A DNA stretch of 64,000 bases, taken from assembly GCA_900319645.1 (NCBI GenBank), contig ONPG01000008.1:643-64642 (forward strand), given 5' to 3'. Under the pieces are notes generated by a model. It had not been told where the DNA came from and searched no databases. It saw nothing but the letters and a program-made list of their open reading frames with translations. A program made the position numbers and the translations under genes. Of this stretch, positions 42,108 through 51,520 are shown piece after piece (position 1 is the first letter of the stretch; the number at the start of each line of letters is the position of its first letter). The DNA is from an uncultured Bacteroidales bacterium. Its GTDB lineage: Bacteria; Bacteroidota; Bacteroidia; Bacteroidales; Paludibacteraceae.

Positions 42108-42682
42108 TTTTCAACTCTTCCGTTCCCTACTCCCCTTTTAACACTCAGATTTTGCTTGTTTTTCCATTCAGGTCTGAATGGTTGGGCTGTTGTTGGGGTA
42201 AGTCAGGGTACGAGAAGGACCAACAAAGGACTAACTTATATCCAACTTATCTCTAACGCTTAGGTGCAGATTGGGAACTGAATGGGAAAGCGGGATACTA
42301 TCCCGCACAATGGACATTGAGCCCGACTAAGTCCTTTAGCTTATAGCAGGAGGTACTCCGGATAATATCCGGCACAACAGATGAAGGGGAAGGGATGAGG
42401 GAAAGGAAAGGGATGTCCGAATTAAATTCGGACGCAATGGACATACAAAAAAATGACATGTCAGTTTTGGCAGTATTGTCAGTTTCTATCATTTTGACAG
42501 TAAGGTACGCTGCGGGGAGTAGCAGAATGGTAGAGAAACAGGGAGAAACCACAGGGAATCTTACATTTTGTAAAGAAAATGACAAAACTGACAAAAGTGA
42601 CATGCAAAAAATTAATAGGGAGGAACAGATGGCTGAAGAATAAACGAAAATTCCCGATGAAATCGGGCGTTTTTGCGTTTTT
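42108..42682 (+). ncRNA. Candidate ~570-nt transcript (structured ncRNA, or a long-leader small-protein mRNA); family unknown
   Basis: It is bounded by the 42071 promoter and the 42653 terminator. Three hairpin-plus-CAATGGACAT-like units are present. A 5' pyrimidine tract is complementary to an internal purine tract. The only sense ORF is 82 codons (42395..42643). Confidence 0.3.
42653..42682 (+). terminator. Rho-independent terminator
   Basis: CCCGAT-GAA-ATCGGG followed by CGTTTTTGCGTTTTT. Confidence 0.55.
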
Positions 42683-42785
42683 GGATGTTTTAGTAAAATG
42701 TTATTGCGATGCTATTTGGACCCCAAAAAGCGGCTGCACCGGTGCGCCGGGGCGCAATTATTATTCATAAAAATGACGCGCGCGC

Positions 42786-42816
42786 TTGCATATATGAAAA
42801 AAAAGTTGTAACTTTG
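42786..42816 (+). promoter_or_regulatory. Bacteroidota-type promoter (TTGCATATATG...TAACTTTG) for the mreB operon
   Basis: Exact N20 spacing. It would give a ~135-nt leader before the mreB ATG. Confidence 0.55.
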
Positions 42817-42819
42817 CAC

Positions 42820-42917
42820 GTTTTTTCATAGTTTGCATCAATATGGGCAAACGAAAAGACGGTTGAGGAGATCCACGTGAAGCGTGTTTTTCATAATTTG
42901 CGTAATTATGGACAAAC
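42820..42917 (+). repeat. Two ~33-nt direct repeats in the mreB leader
   Basis: GTTTTTTCATAGTTTGCATCAATATGGGCAAAC (42820-42852) and GTGTTTTTCATAATTTGCGTAATTATGGACAAAC (42884-42917). Confidence 0.7.
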
Positions 42918-42956
42918 CAATCGGGAATAGCAAATGACTAAATTGTAAATAATTTT

Positions 42957-43976
42957 ATGGGACTTTTTTCTTTTACACAAGAGGTGGCTATAGACCTCGG
43001 CACAGCGAACACCATCATCATCTGCGATGACAAAGTGGTGGTAGATGAGCCTTCAGTAGTAGCTATCTCGGTTGCAGAAAACAAAATGGTGGCTGTTGGC
43101 CGCAAAGCACAGCAGATGATCGGTAAGGGAGGCAACCTCATCCGCACAATCCGTCCATTGCGAGACGGCGTTATCGCGGATTTCTATGCCTGCGAAATGA
43201 TGATCAGAGGTATGATCAAGATGATTCCCAAGCAGACACGCTTGTTCACGCCGTCGATCCGTATGGTTGTATGTATTCCTTCGGGTTCGACCGAGGTCGA
43301 GATACGTGCCGTACGTGACAGTTCGGAGCACGCAGGAGGCAGAGACATCTACATGATCTACGAGCCGATGGCAGCAGCGATAGGTATCGGTCTGGACGTA
43401 GAGAGCCCCGAAGGATGTATGATTGTGGATATCGGCGGTGGAACTACCGAGATTGCCGTGATCTCGCTTGGAGGTATCGTCAGCAACAAATCGATCAAAA
43501 TCGCCGGTGATGATTTCAACCAGGACATTATCGAGTATATGGGTCGTATGCACAACCTCCGTATAGACGAACCAACGGCTGAGCGCATCAAGATCCAAGT
43601 AGGCTCCGCGCTGCCGGAACTCGAAGACGCACCGGAAGACTTCATCGTAGTGGGTCCCAACAAAGTGACAGCTCTCCCGATCTCAGTGCCTATCAGTTAT
43701 CAGGAGATAGCTCATTGCTTGGAGAAAAGTGTCTCGAAGATCGAGGGTGCTATTCTGCAGGCACTTGAATCTACACCGCCTGAGTTGTACTCGGATATTG
43801 TGAAACGAGGTATCTATCTGACGGGCGGCGGTGCGCTGCTCCACGGTCTGGCCAAACGTCTGACCGACAAGATCACGATACCGTTCCACGTGGCTGACGA
43901 CCCCTTGCACTCGGTAGCACGAGGAACGGGTGTGGCACTGAAAAATGTGCGCAATTTCGGCTTCCTGATCCGATAA
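42957..43976 (+). CDS. mreB: Rod shape-determining protein MreB
   Basis: 339-aa actin-like ATPase with the blocks DLGTANT and DIGGGTTE. Confidence 0.95.
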   Translation: MGLFSFTQEVAIDLGTANTIIICDDKVVVDEPSVVAISVAENKMVAVGRKAQQMIGKGGNLIRTIRPLRDGVIADFYACEMMIRGMIKMIPKQTRLFTPSIRMVVCIPSGSTEVEIRAVRDSSEHAGGRDIYMIYEPMAAAIGIGLDVESPEGCMIVDIGGGTTEIAVISLGGIVSNKSIKIAGDDFNQDIIEYMGRMHNLRIDEPTAERIKIQVGSALPELEDAPEDFIVVGPNKVTALPISVPISYQEIAHCLEKSVSKIEGAILQALESTPPELYSDIVKRGIYLTGGGALLHGLAKRLTDKITIPFHVADDPLHSVARGTGVALKNVRNFGFLIR

Positions 43977-43992
43977 CCATTGGCATCGCTGC

Positions 43993-44769
43993 ATGCAAAG
44001 TCTGTTGAAGATATTAGCCCGATACAGCAACTTCCTGGTGTTTATTATCCTGGAAGTTGTTGCTTTTTTGCTCATTGCCTACAATAGTGCTTATCCGCGC
44101 AGCAGCATCCTCTCGACGGCCAACAGTATTGTCGCCTGGGAATACGAAAAAATCGATGAACTCGGGAGTTATCTGTCCCTACGTCAAGTGAATGACGAGC
44201 TGTCACAAGAGAACGCCATGCTGCGAAACATGCTCACTGACAGCAGTTTCTTTGCGAACTACCAAAGCGCCAAAGTAGTACAAATGACGATTGACAAACA
44301 GCATAACTATCTGACTGTCAACCGGGGAGAGAGCGATAGTATTTATCGCGGCATGGGAGTACGCAATGCCGAAGGCGCAGTGGGCATCATACGTACAGTG
44401 GGCGAGCACTACAGCATCGTACAGCCTATCATCAACACAGCCAGCCGTTTAAGTTGCCGTTTCAGCAAAAACGACTATATCGGCACCCTCGAATGGGACG
44501 GCAAAGACAGCCGTTATGCCCGTTTGACTGACATTGCCACGCACGTGGATGCAGCCATAGGCGACACCATCGTCACCAGCGGTCTCAGTCCGGCTTTCCC
44601 CGAAGGGGTTCCGGTAGGTGTGATCACAGAGTGCCAACTCAAACAAGGAGACTCCTACTACACCATCCGCGTACAACTGAGCGTGGATTTCAGAAAACTG
44701 AAATACGTGGAACTCATTGGCAATAACAACCGCACAGAACTGGAGGAACTGAACCATGGATTGGAGTAA
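43993..44769 (+). CDS. mreC: Rod shape-determining protein MreC
   Basis: 258-aa ORF with an N-terminal TM helix, then coiled-coil and beta-rich regions. Its position between mreB and mreD supports the call. Confidence 0.85.
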   Translation: MQSLLKILARYSNFLVFIILEVVAFLLIAYNSAYPRSSILSTANSIVAWEYEKIDELGSYLSLRQVNDELSQENAMLRNMLTDSSFFANYQSAKVVQMTIDKQHNYLTVNRGESDSIYRGMGVRNAEGAVGIIRTVGEHYSIVQPIINTASRLSCRFSKNDYIGTLEWDGKDSRYARLTDIATHVDAAIGDTIVTSGLSPAFPEGVPVGVITECQLKQGDSYYTIRVQLSVDFRKLKYVELIGNNNRTELEELNHGLE

Positions 44770-45250
44770 ACAAATAGGTCGATTCATCGTGGTAATCCTG
44801 CTGCAAGTGCTGTTGTTCAACCGCTTGCAAATAGGAGGTGTATGCCATCCATACGTGTATATCCTTTGTCTGCTGATGATGCCTGCAACATTGCCGCACT
44901 CGGTGGACATGCTCATCGGGGCACTCGTCGGACTGACAATGGATGTGTTCTGCAACTCCATGGGCATTCATATGGCGGCTTGTGTACTGGTCATGCTCCT
45001 CAGACCCTATATGCTCGGACAACTGGTCAACGACAAAGACCGTCTGAACGAGGAAATAAGCATGCATAGTCTGGGTATAGAAACGATGATACAATACACC
45101 GTGCTTTTAGTCTTAATCCACCACTTGACGGTTTTTCTGATAGCCTCTTGGAGCTGGTCGCACATAGGATTTGCCCTATTGGAGACGACGGTCAGCAGTC
45201 TGATCAGCATTGTGCTTATTCTCAGTTATAATTTCGTGAAGTACAGATGA
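44756..45250 (+). CDS. mreD: Rod shape-determining protein MreD
   Basis: 164-aa polytopic membrane protein. It overlaps mreC by 14 nt and mrdA by an ATGA junction. Confidence 0.75.
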   Translation: MDWSKQIGRFIVVILLQVLLFNRLQIGGVCHPYVYILCLLMMPATLPHSVDMLIGALVGLTMDVFCNSMGIHMAACVLVMLLRPYMLGQLVNDKDRLNEEISMHSLGIETMIQYTVLLVLIHHLTVFLIASWSWSHIGFALLETTVSSLISIVLILSYNFVKYR

Positions 45251-47085
45251 TTAACGACCAATACTATAGACGCAGGTTTGTCATCAGCGGCATAGCTGTT
45301 GTAGTGGTATTGGTGTATATAGCCCGGTTGTTCTACCTGCAAATCATCGACCAGTCCACCAAAGACCAAGCGGATAACAACGCGTTGGTCAAACAGACTA
45401 TCTATCCCTCACGCGGACTTATCTACGACCGTAACGGCGAACTGCTGGTCTTCAATCAGCCTATTTACGAAGTAACCGTCATCATGCGCGAGATGGATCA
45501 GGATTGGGACACGACACGATTTTGCCAATGCCTGAATATCAGTCGGGAGGAGTTCGACGAGCGAATAACGGAAATCAAAGACCGGCGCAAAAACCGCGGT
45601 TACTCACGCTGGACACCACAAGTGTTTATCAGCCAGCTCAAGAAAGAAGATATAGCTACGCTGCAAGAGTCCCTCTTCTCGTTTGCAGGCGTCCAGATAC
45701 GCAAACGTACCTTGCGTGACTACACCTACAAAGCCGCAGCACACGTGTTGGGCTCGGTGGGCGAAGTTAACCAAAACGATTTGGACCGTGATGATTATTA
45801 CACACGCGGAGACTATTCCGGACGCGATGGTCTGGAGCGCACCTACGAGCTGCAACTGCGCGGCGAAAAAGGCATGGAAGTGCTCATGCGTGACTCTAAA
45901 GGACGTATTCAGGGCAGTTACCACGAGGGAGAGTTGGACCAGCCAGCCGTGGCCGGCACCGACCTGCAAACCACCCTCGATATTCATCTGCAGATACTGG
46001 CGGAAGAGCTCCTTTCCGGCAAAGTCGGAAGCGTTGTAGCTATCGAGCCCAAGACCGGCGAGATACTGGCGCTGGCCTCCAGCCCCACATGGGATCCGCA
46101 GCAACTGGTAGGCAAGGCGCGTAGTGCCAACTACACGATGCTGCAGCAGGACGAGACCAAGCCTCTGTACAACCGGGCTACGCAGGCGACTTACCCTCCA
46201 GGATCCACCTTCAAAACCATTCAGGCACTGGTCTGCCTGCAACAACGCGCCATCACGCCGAACACGCTTTACCCGTGCTCGGGTCCGCAGAGCAAGCCTA
46301 TCAAATGCACCCACCACCACGGCTCACCCGTGGCGCTGGACGAAGCCATCGAGCAGAGTTGCAATCCCTATTTCTGGTGCGCCTTCCGCGATCTGCTCCA
46401 GAAAGACGGATACGGCGATGACAACCGTGCATTTCTGCGCCGGTACGACCTGTGGCGCGATGCGGTTATGGCTTTCGGATTGGGACAACGATTCGCGGAT
46501 ACCGACCTCAGCGAGCAATCAGCCGGAGCGATACCAAGCATACAACTCTACAACCGTATTTACGGAGACAAAGGATGGAAAGCCATCACCGTGCGATCGC
46601 TCAGTATAGGGCAAGGCGAGATACTCGTCACGCCGTTGCAACTGGCCAATCAGGCAGCTGCTATCGCCAACGAGGGATATTTCATCACTCCACACCTCAA
46701 CCGCAACGACTCGATGCTGACCCACCGGCACTCGCTCGAGATTAACGCGAAGCATTTCGCAGTTGTCAAGGAAGGAATGCACCGGGTAATGAAAAACGGC
46801 ACGGGACGATGGTATCAGATAAACGGTATCGAGTCAGCCGGCAAAACCGGTACGGCTCAAAACCCGCACGGCAAAGACCACGCTATCTTTATCGGTTTTG
46901 CTCCAGTGGAGAATCCGCAGATAGCCGTAGCGGTAGTGGTGGAAAACGCAGGATTTGGCGCCACCTGGGCGGCTCCAGTGGCCAGCCTGCTCATGGAACA
47001 GTACCTCACCGGTACCGTTCATAGAAATGGATTGAAAAAGAAAATAAGCGAAAGCGTACTCAATGAGAGCGTCAAGAAATGGTAA
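45247..47085 (+). CDS. mrdA: Penicillin-binding protein 2 (elongasome transpeptidase)
   Basis: 612-aa ORF with an N-terminal TM helix and the transpeptidase motifs STFK (PGSTFKT) and KTG (KTGTAQ). Confidence 0.9.
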   Translation: MINDQYYRRRFVISGIAVVVVLVYIARLFYLQIIDQSTKDQADNNALVKQTIYPSRGLIYDRNGELLVFNQPIYEVTVIMREMDQDWDTTRFCQCLNISREEFDERITEIKDRRKNRGYSRWTPQVFISQLKKEDIATLQESLFSFAGVQIRKRTLRDYTYKAAAHVLGSVGEVNQNDLDRDDYYTRGDYSGRDGLERTYELQLRGEKGMEVLMRDSKGRIQGSYHEGELDQPAVAGTDLQTTLDIHLQILAEELLSGKVGSVVAIEPKTGEILALASSPTWDPQQLVGKARSANYTMLQQDETKPLYNRATQATYPPGSTFKTIQALVCLQQRAITPNTLYPCSGPQSKPIKCTHHHGSPVALDEAIEQSCNPYFWCAFRDLLQKDGYGDDNRAFLRRYDLWRDAVMAFGLGQRFADTDLSEQSAGAIPSIQLYNRIYGDKGWKAITVRSLSIGQGEILVTPLQLANQAAAIANEGYFITPHLNRNDSMLTHRHSLEINAKHFAVVKEGMHRVMKNGTGRWYQINGIESAGKTGTAQNPHGKDHAIFIGFAPVENPQIAVAVVVENAGFGATWAAPVASLLMEQYLTGTVHRNGLKKKISESVLNESVKKW

Positions 47086-48526
47086 CATATTCGTCAACCT
47101 GGATTGGCAGACAATAGGTCTGTTCCTCGTTCTTGTGGTGTTCGGCTGGCTGAACATCTACGGCGCCAGCTATACCCCTGACCAAACGAGTATTTTCGAT
47201 TTCTCCAACCGTGCCGGTAAGCAGTTCGCGTGGATAACAGGCTCACTGGCATTGGGTGCTATTCTGCTGCTCATTGACTACAAGACCTACGACACATTGG
47301 CCTATATAGCCTACGGGCTTATGTTGCTACTATTGCTGGCGACCCCCTTTCTGGCGCACAATGTCAAAGGCTCATACAGCTGGATCTCGCTCGGTCCGGT
47401 CAGTTTGCAACCCGCAGAGTTTGCCAAATGCGTGGTGGCTCTGACCGTAGCCAAATACATGGGGCAATACGAATACAAAATGCGCACTTGGCGCGATTTG
47501 ATCGTACCTTTTCTTATCATCGGAGTGCCGGCAGTCATCATCATGGTTCTCCAGCGAGAGACCGGTTCGGCACTTGTTTTTGCGGTCTTCCTGCTGGTTT
47601 TCTACCGTCAGGGAATGAGCGGTTATGTGCTATGGATGGTGGTGGCGGCCGTAGCATTGTTTATCATCAGTATCCGATGGGGAGGCACACCGCTGCCGCT
47701 CGGTACAGGCAGCGTGGGTATATTCAGTTGTATGCTTCTGCTGACCATTGTGGAGATCTACTTCATTTGCAAGGAGCATTACGTCCGCTTCCTGCCGCTC
47801 ATCCTGTCCGGTAGCGTGGTGGTCGTATATGCTATATGCCTTCTACTCAACATAGGATGGGCAATGCCGTTTGACTGGATTGCTATGGCTGTTGTGGCAT
47901 CGCTGGCTGTTTACAATCTGGTAGTGAGTATCTATTGGCGCAAATACCAGCTGATTATTGTAGCTGTTTTCAGCTTGCTTTGTATAGGATACACCCAGGC
48001 GTGCGACTTTGTGTTCCAGAAAGTGCTGCAACCCCACCAACGTATCCGTATTGAGGTACTTCTTGGTATGAAAGAGGATCCTACCGGAGCAGGATATAAC
48101 GTCAATCAGGCACGTATTGCCATTGGGTCGGGACGTCTCTTGGGAAAAGGCTATTTGAAAGGCACTCAGACCAAACTGCAGTTTGTGCCCGAGCAGGACA
48201 CCGACTTCATCTTCTGTACCGTGGGCGAAGAATGGGGTTTTATCGGCTCGGTCGCCGTATTACTGGTCTATCTGACCTTTATCCTGCGGTTGATAACCAT
48301 TGCCGAAAGACAACGCAATGCTTTTACGCATATCTACGCATATGCCGTAGCGGGTATCTTCCTTTTCCACCTCACAGTTAATGTGGGGATGGTGTTAGGA
48401 CTGATGCCGGTGATAGGCATTCCGCTGCCATTCTTCAGCTATGGCGGCAGTTCGCTATGGGGATTCACGTTATTATTATTTATCCTGCTGCGACTGGACG
48501 CAGCGCGTATGGAGCAATTGAACTAA
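47063..48526 (+). CDS. rodA: Rod shape-determining protein RodA (SEDS family)
   Basis: 487-aa polytopic membrane protein with FtsW/RodA/SpoVE blocks (NQARIAIGSGRLLGKG, PLPFFSYGGSS). Confidence 0.9.
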   Translation: MRASRNGNIFVNLDWQTIGLFLVLVVFGWLNIYGASYTPDQTSIFDFSNRAGKQFAWITGSLALGAILLLIDYKTYDTLAYIAYGLMLLLLLATPFLAHNVKGSYSWISLGPVSLQPAEFAKCVVALTVAKYMGQYEYKMRTWRDLIVPFLIIGVPAVIIMVLQRETGSALVFAVFLLVFYRQGMSGYVLWMVVAAVALFIISIRWGGTPLPLGTGSVGIFSCMLLLTIVEIYFICKEHYVRFLPLILSGSVVVVYAICLLLNIGWAMPFDWIAMAVVASLAVYNLVVSIYWRKYQLIIVAVFSLLCIGYTQACDFVFQKVLQPHQRIRIEVLLGMKEDPTGAGYNVNQARIAIGSGRLLGKGYLKGTQTKLQFVPEQDTDFIFCTVGEEWGFIGSVAVLLVYLTFILRLITIAERQRNAFTHIYAYAVAGIFLFHLTVNVGMVLGLMPVIGIPLPFFSYGGSSLWGFTLLLFILLRLDAARMEQLN

Positions 48527-48529
48527 ACG

Positions 48530-48979
48530 ATGTTTGTAACCAACCCGATAGCTATATTAGGCGAAACAGAAGCCGCTAAGATACTGGAATCCAAAGGGTT
48601 CCATATCTCTGAACGCAACTGGAGGATGGGACACCTTGAGGTTGATCTGATAGCCGAGAACAGCAAAGAGATCGTTTTTGCAGAAGTCAAGACCCGCACG
48701 TCATCCTTTGGAGGCAAGGCGCCGGAAGAATATGTGGACGAGGCCAAGAAACAACGTATGACTGCAGCAGCAAACGCCTATATCAAATACCACAAGATAG
48801 ACAAAAACATACGGTTTGATATCATCGGTCTGATAGTCAATCCGGCGACCCAAGAGATCACCTATCAGTGCCACTTGGAAAATGCGTTCGCTCCGCGTGT
48901 ACGCACCGTACACACCAACAGTTATAACGGGCAATGGCGATGGAGCCATCGCAATCACACAATAAGAGGAAACAAGTAA
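48530..48979 (+). CDS. yraN: YraN family endonuclease-like protein (UPF0102)
   Basis: 149-aa ORF with the conserved block GHLEVDLIAENSKEIVFAEVKTR. Confidence 0.85.
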   Translation: MFVTNPIAILGETEAAKILESKGFHISERNWRMGHLEVDLIAENSKEIVFAEVKTRTSSFGGKAPEEYVDEAKKQRMTAAANAYIKYHKIDKNIRFDIIGLIVNPATQEITYQCHLENAFAPRVRTVHTNSYNGQWRWSHRNHTIRGNK

Positions 48980-49000
48980 ACATTATAGCCGAATTCATCG

Positions 49001-50866
49001 ATGAATTTTCAATTTGATGTCATAGTAGTAGGAGCCGGACACGCCGGCTGTGAGGCAGCCAGCGCAGCAGCCCGGATGGGTAGCCGCACGCTGCTCATCA
49101 CCATGGATATGAACAAGATTGCACAGATGAGTTGCAATCCTGCGATCGGAGGTATAGCCAAGGGACAGATCGTGCGCGAGATAGACGCTTTGGGCGGACA
49201 AATGGGTATAGTCACCGACAGGAGTGCTATCCAGTTCCGCCTGCTGAACCAAAGCAAAGGACCTGCTATGTGGAGTCCGCGCAGCCAAAGCGACCGCAAA
49301 CGCTTTATAGAAGAATGGATACAAGTGCTCTCGCACACCGACAACCTCTCCATCTGGCAAGATACAGTAACTTCTCTTATTATCAAAGATAATAAGGTTT
49401 GCGGAGTTAAGACCGCTCTGGGCATCGAAATGAAGGCACAAGCCGTAGTGCTGACCAACGGAACTTTCCTGAACGGACTCATGCACTGCGGCAAGACGCA
49501 GATAGCCGGAGGACGCACTTCCGAACCCGCCTCTTACGGTATCACAGAGCAGTTAGCAGGATTAGGCTTCCGCAGCGACCGCATGAAAACCGGTACACCG
49601 GCGCGTATAGACGCACGCTCTATCCATTTTGAGGAGATGGTTCGCCAGGACGGAGACAGCGACTGGCACCAGTTCAGCTATCTGGACACCGTCCATCGCC
49701 AACTCAAACAGATGCCTTGCTGGATCACTTATACCAATCCCCGCACCCACGAAGCACTCCGGTCCGGCTTGGCAGAATCGCCGCTCTACAACGGACAGAT
49801 CAAGAGTATCGGTCCGCGCTATTGTCCGAGCATAGAGACCAAAATCGTCACCTTTGCCGACAAAGATGCGCACCAGATATTTCTGGAACCGGAAGGTGTG
49901 GACAGCAACGAGTATTACGTCAACGGTTTCTCCAGCAGTCTGCCATGGCAAGTGCAGTTAGCGGGATTAAAAACCATCAAGGGACTGGAGGATATCGTTA
50001 TGTACCGGCCGGGTTACGCCATCGAATACGATTTCTTTGACCCTACCCAACTCCACCACACGCTGGAGACCAAACGGATTAAAAACCTCTTCTTTGCCGG
50101 ACAGATCAACGGCACAACCGGCTATGAGGAAGCAGCCGGGCAGGGATTGGTAGCCGGCGTGAATGCACACATCAACACACACGGCGGCACACCTTTTACT
50201 ATGGGAAGAGACGAGAGCTATATAGGCGTACTGATAGACGATCTGGTCAACAAAGGCGTGGACGAGCCCTATCGTATGTTCACCTCCCGTGCCGAATACC
50301 GCATTCTACTGCGTCAGGACAATGCAGACGAGCGGTTAACCTCCCGTAGTTACGAGATGGGATTGGCAGACGAATACAGATACAACCTGCTAAAACAAAA
50401 ACAAACCACTTGTGCGGATTTCATCGGTTTTCTGCAACAAGCAAGCGTCCGCATAGGCGAAGTGGACACATGGCTGGAGTCGATAGGCAGCACACCGCTG
50501 CACGAGGGTTGCAAGATCGCCGATCTCATCCTACGCCCGCAGGTAACAATCAAAAGCCTTGCTGAAGCGCTTCCCGCTCTGAAGGAAAAGACCGCAGATA
50601 TCTCCGACGAGTGTGTAGAAAGTTGTGAGATTCAGATCAAGTATGCCGGCTATATCAAGCGCGAACAAAACGAAGCCGCCAAACTTCAACGATTGGAACA
50701 GATACGCATACCCGACACGTTTGACTACGAGAGCGTTCAAAGTCTAAGCACCGAAGCGCGTCAGAAACTCACCCGGATCCGCCCGAGATCCATAGGCGAA
50801 GCACAGCGTATTCCGGGTGTAAGTCCGAATGACATCAGCGTTTTGTTGGTGCTCATGGGACGGTAA
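49001..50866 (+). CDS. mnmG: tRNA uridine-5-carboxymethylaminomethyl modification enzyme MnmG (GidA)
   Basis: 621-aa ORF with an FAD-binding N-terminus ([14 protein letters not shown]) and GidA-like sequence throughout. Confidence 0.95.
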   Translation: MNFQFDVIVVGAGHAGCEAASAAARMGSRTLLITMDMNKIAQMSCNPAIGGIAKGQIVREIDALGGQMGIVTDRSAIQFRLLNQSKGPAMWSPRSQSDRKRFIEEWIQVLSHTDNLSIWQDTVTSLIIKDNKVCGVKTALGIEMKAQAVVLTNGTFLNGLMHCGKTQIAGGRTSEPASYGITEQLAGLGFRSDRMKTGTPARIDARSIHFEEMVRQDGDSDWHQFSYLDTVHRQLKQMPCWITYTNPRTHEALRSGLAESPLYNGQIKSIGPRYCPSIETKIVTFADKDAHQIFLEPEGVDSNEYYVNGFSSSLPWQVQLAGLKTIKGLEDIVMYRPGYAIEYDFFDPTQLHHTLETKRIKNLFFAGQINGTTGYEEAAGQGLVAGVNAHINTHGGTPFTMGRDESYIGVLIDDLVNKGVDEPYRMFTSRAEYRILLRQDNADERLTSRSYEMGLADEYRYNLLKQKQTTCADFIGFLQQASVRIGEVDTWLESIGSTPLHEGCKIADLILRPQVTIKSLAEALPALKEKTADISDECVESCEIQIKYAGYIKREQNEAAKLQRLEQIRIPDTFDYESVQSLSTEARQKLTRIRPRSIGEAQRIPGVSPNDISVLLVLMGR

Positions 50867-50956
50867 ATAGCACCTTTAGTTTGCAAAGCAAACTACCTTT
50901 AATGTTCCACGTGAAACATATAGACAAACATAAAAAATATTAATAAAACAGAAAAT

Positions 50957-51496
50957 ATGACAGAACAAGAAGTTATTCAATCAATCCGCAATGTACCGGA
51001 TTTTCCTATTGCCGGCATTCAATTCAAAGACATCACAACAGCATTAGCCAAACCAGAGTGCCTCAAATGGATGCGCGACGAGATGGTAAAACGCTACAAA
51101 GGGCTGGGTATTACGCAAGTGGTAGGTATTGAGTCGAGGGGATTTATTCTGGCTCCGGCTCTCGCAATCGAATTAGGCGCAGGATTTGTGCCTATCCGCA
51201 AGCACAACAAACTGCCGGCAGAGACCATCTCGGTAACCTACCAAAAGGAGTATGGACAAGATACCATCCAGATGCACAAGGACGCACTGACTCCGGACGA
51301 TGTAGTTCTCATTCACGATGACATTCTTGCTACCGGAGGTTCGATGGCGGCAGCTATTGAGTTGGTGAAAAAACTGGGGGTTAAGAAAATCTATGTCAGT
51401 TGCATCATTGAACTAATCGGCCTGAACGGACGCAAAGTAGTAGAGAGCCAAGCCGATAGTTGCGACTGTCTGCTGAGCATTGAGGTGGACGAGTAG
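50957..51496 (+). CDS. apt: Adenine phosphoribosyltransferase
   Basis: 179-aa ORF with the PRPP-binding motif VVLIHDDILATGGS. Confidence 0.93.
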   Translation: MTEQEVIQSIRNVPDFPIAGIQFKDITTALAKPECLKWMRDEMVKRYKGLGITQVVGIESRGFILAPALAIELGAGFVPIRKHNKLPAETISVTYQKEYGQDTIQMHKDALTPDDVVLIHDDILATGGSMAAAIELVKKLGVKKIYVSCIIELIGLNGRKVVESQADSCDCLLSIEVDE

Positions 51497-51520
51497 GTGT
51501 TGGATGATGGTGAATGGTGA

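Noticed and set aside
42463-42476. TGGCAGTATTGTCA as a second sigma-54 promoter
   Set aside because: The GG to GC spacing does not fit TGGCAC-N5-TTGC, and there is no GC dinucleotide at the -12 position.
42108-42682. Identifying the orphan transcript as RNase P RNA, tmRNA or 6S RNA
   Set aside because: I found no RNase P-type conserved GGAAAGTCCGG-like core, no tRNA-like 3' end or tag reading frame, and the length does not fit 6S. A covariance-model scan is still needed.
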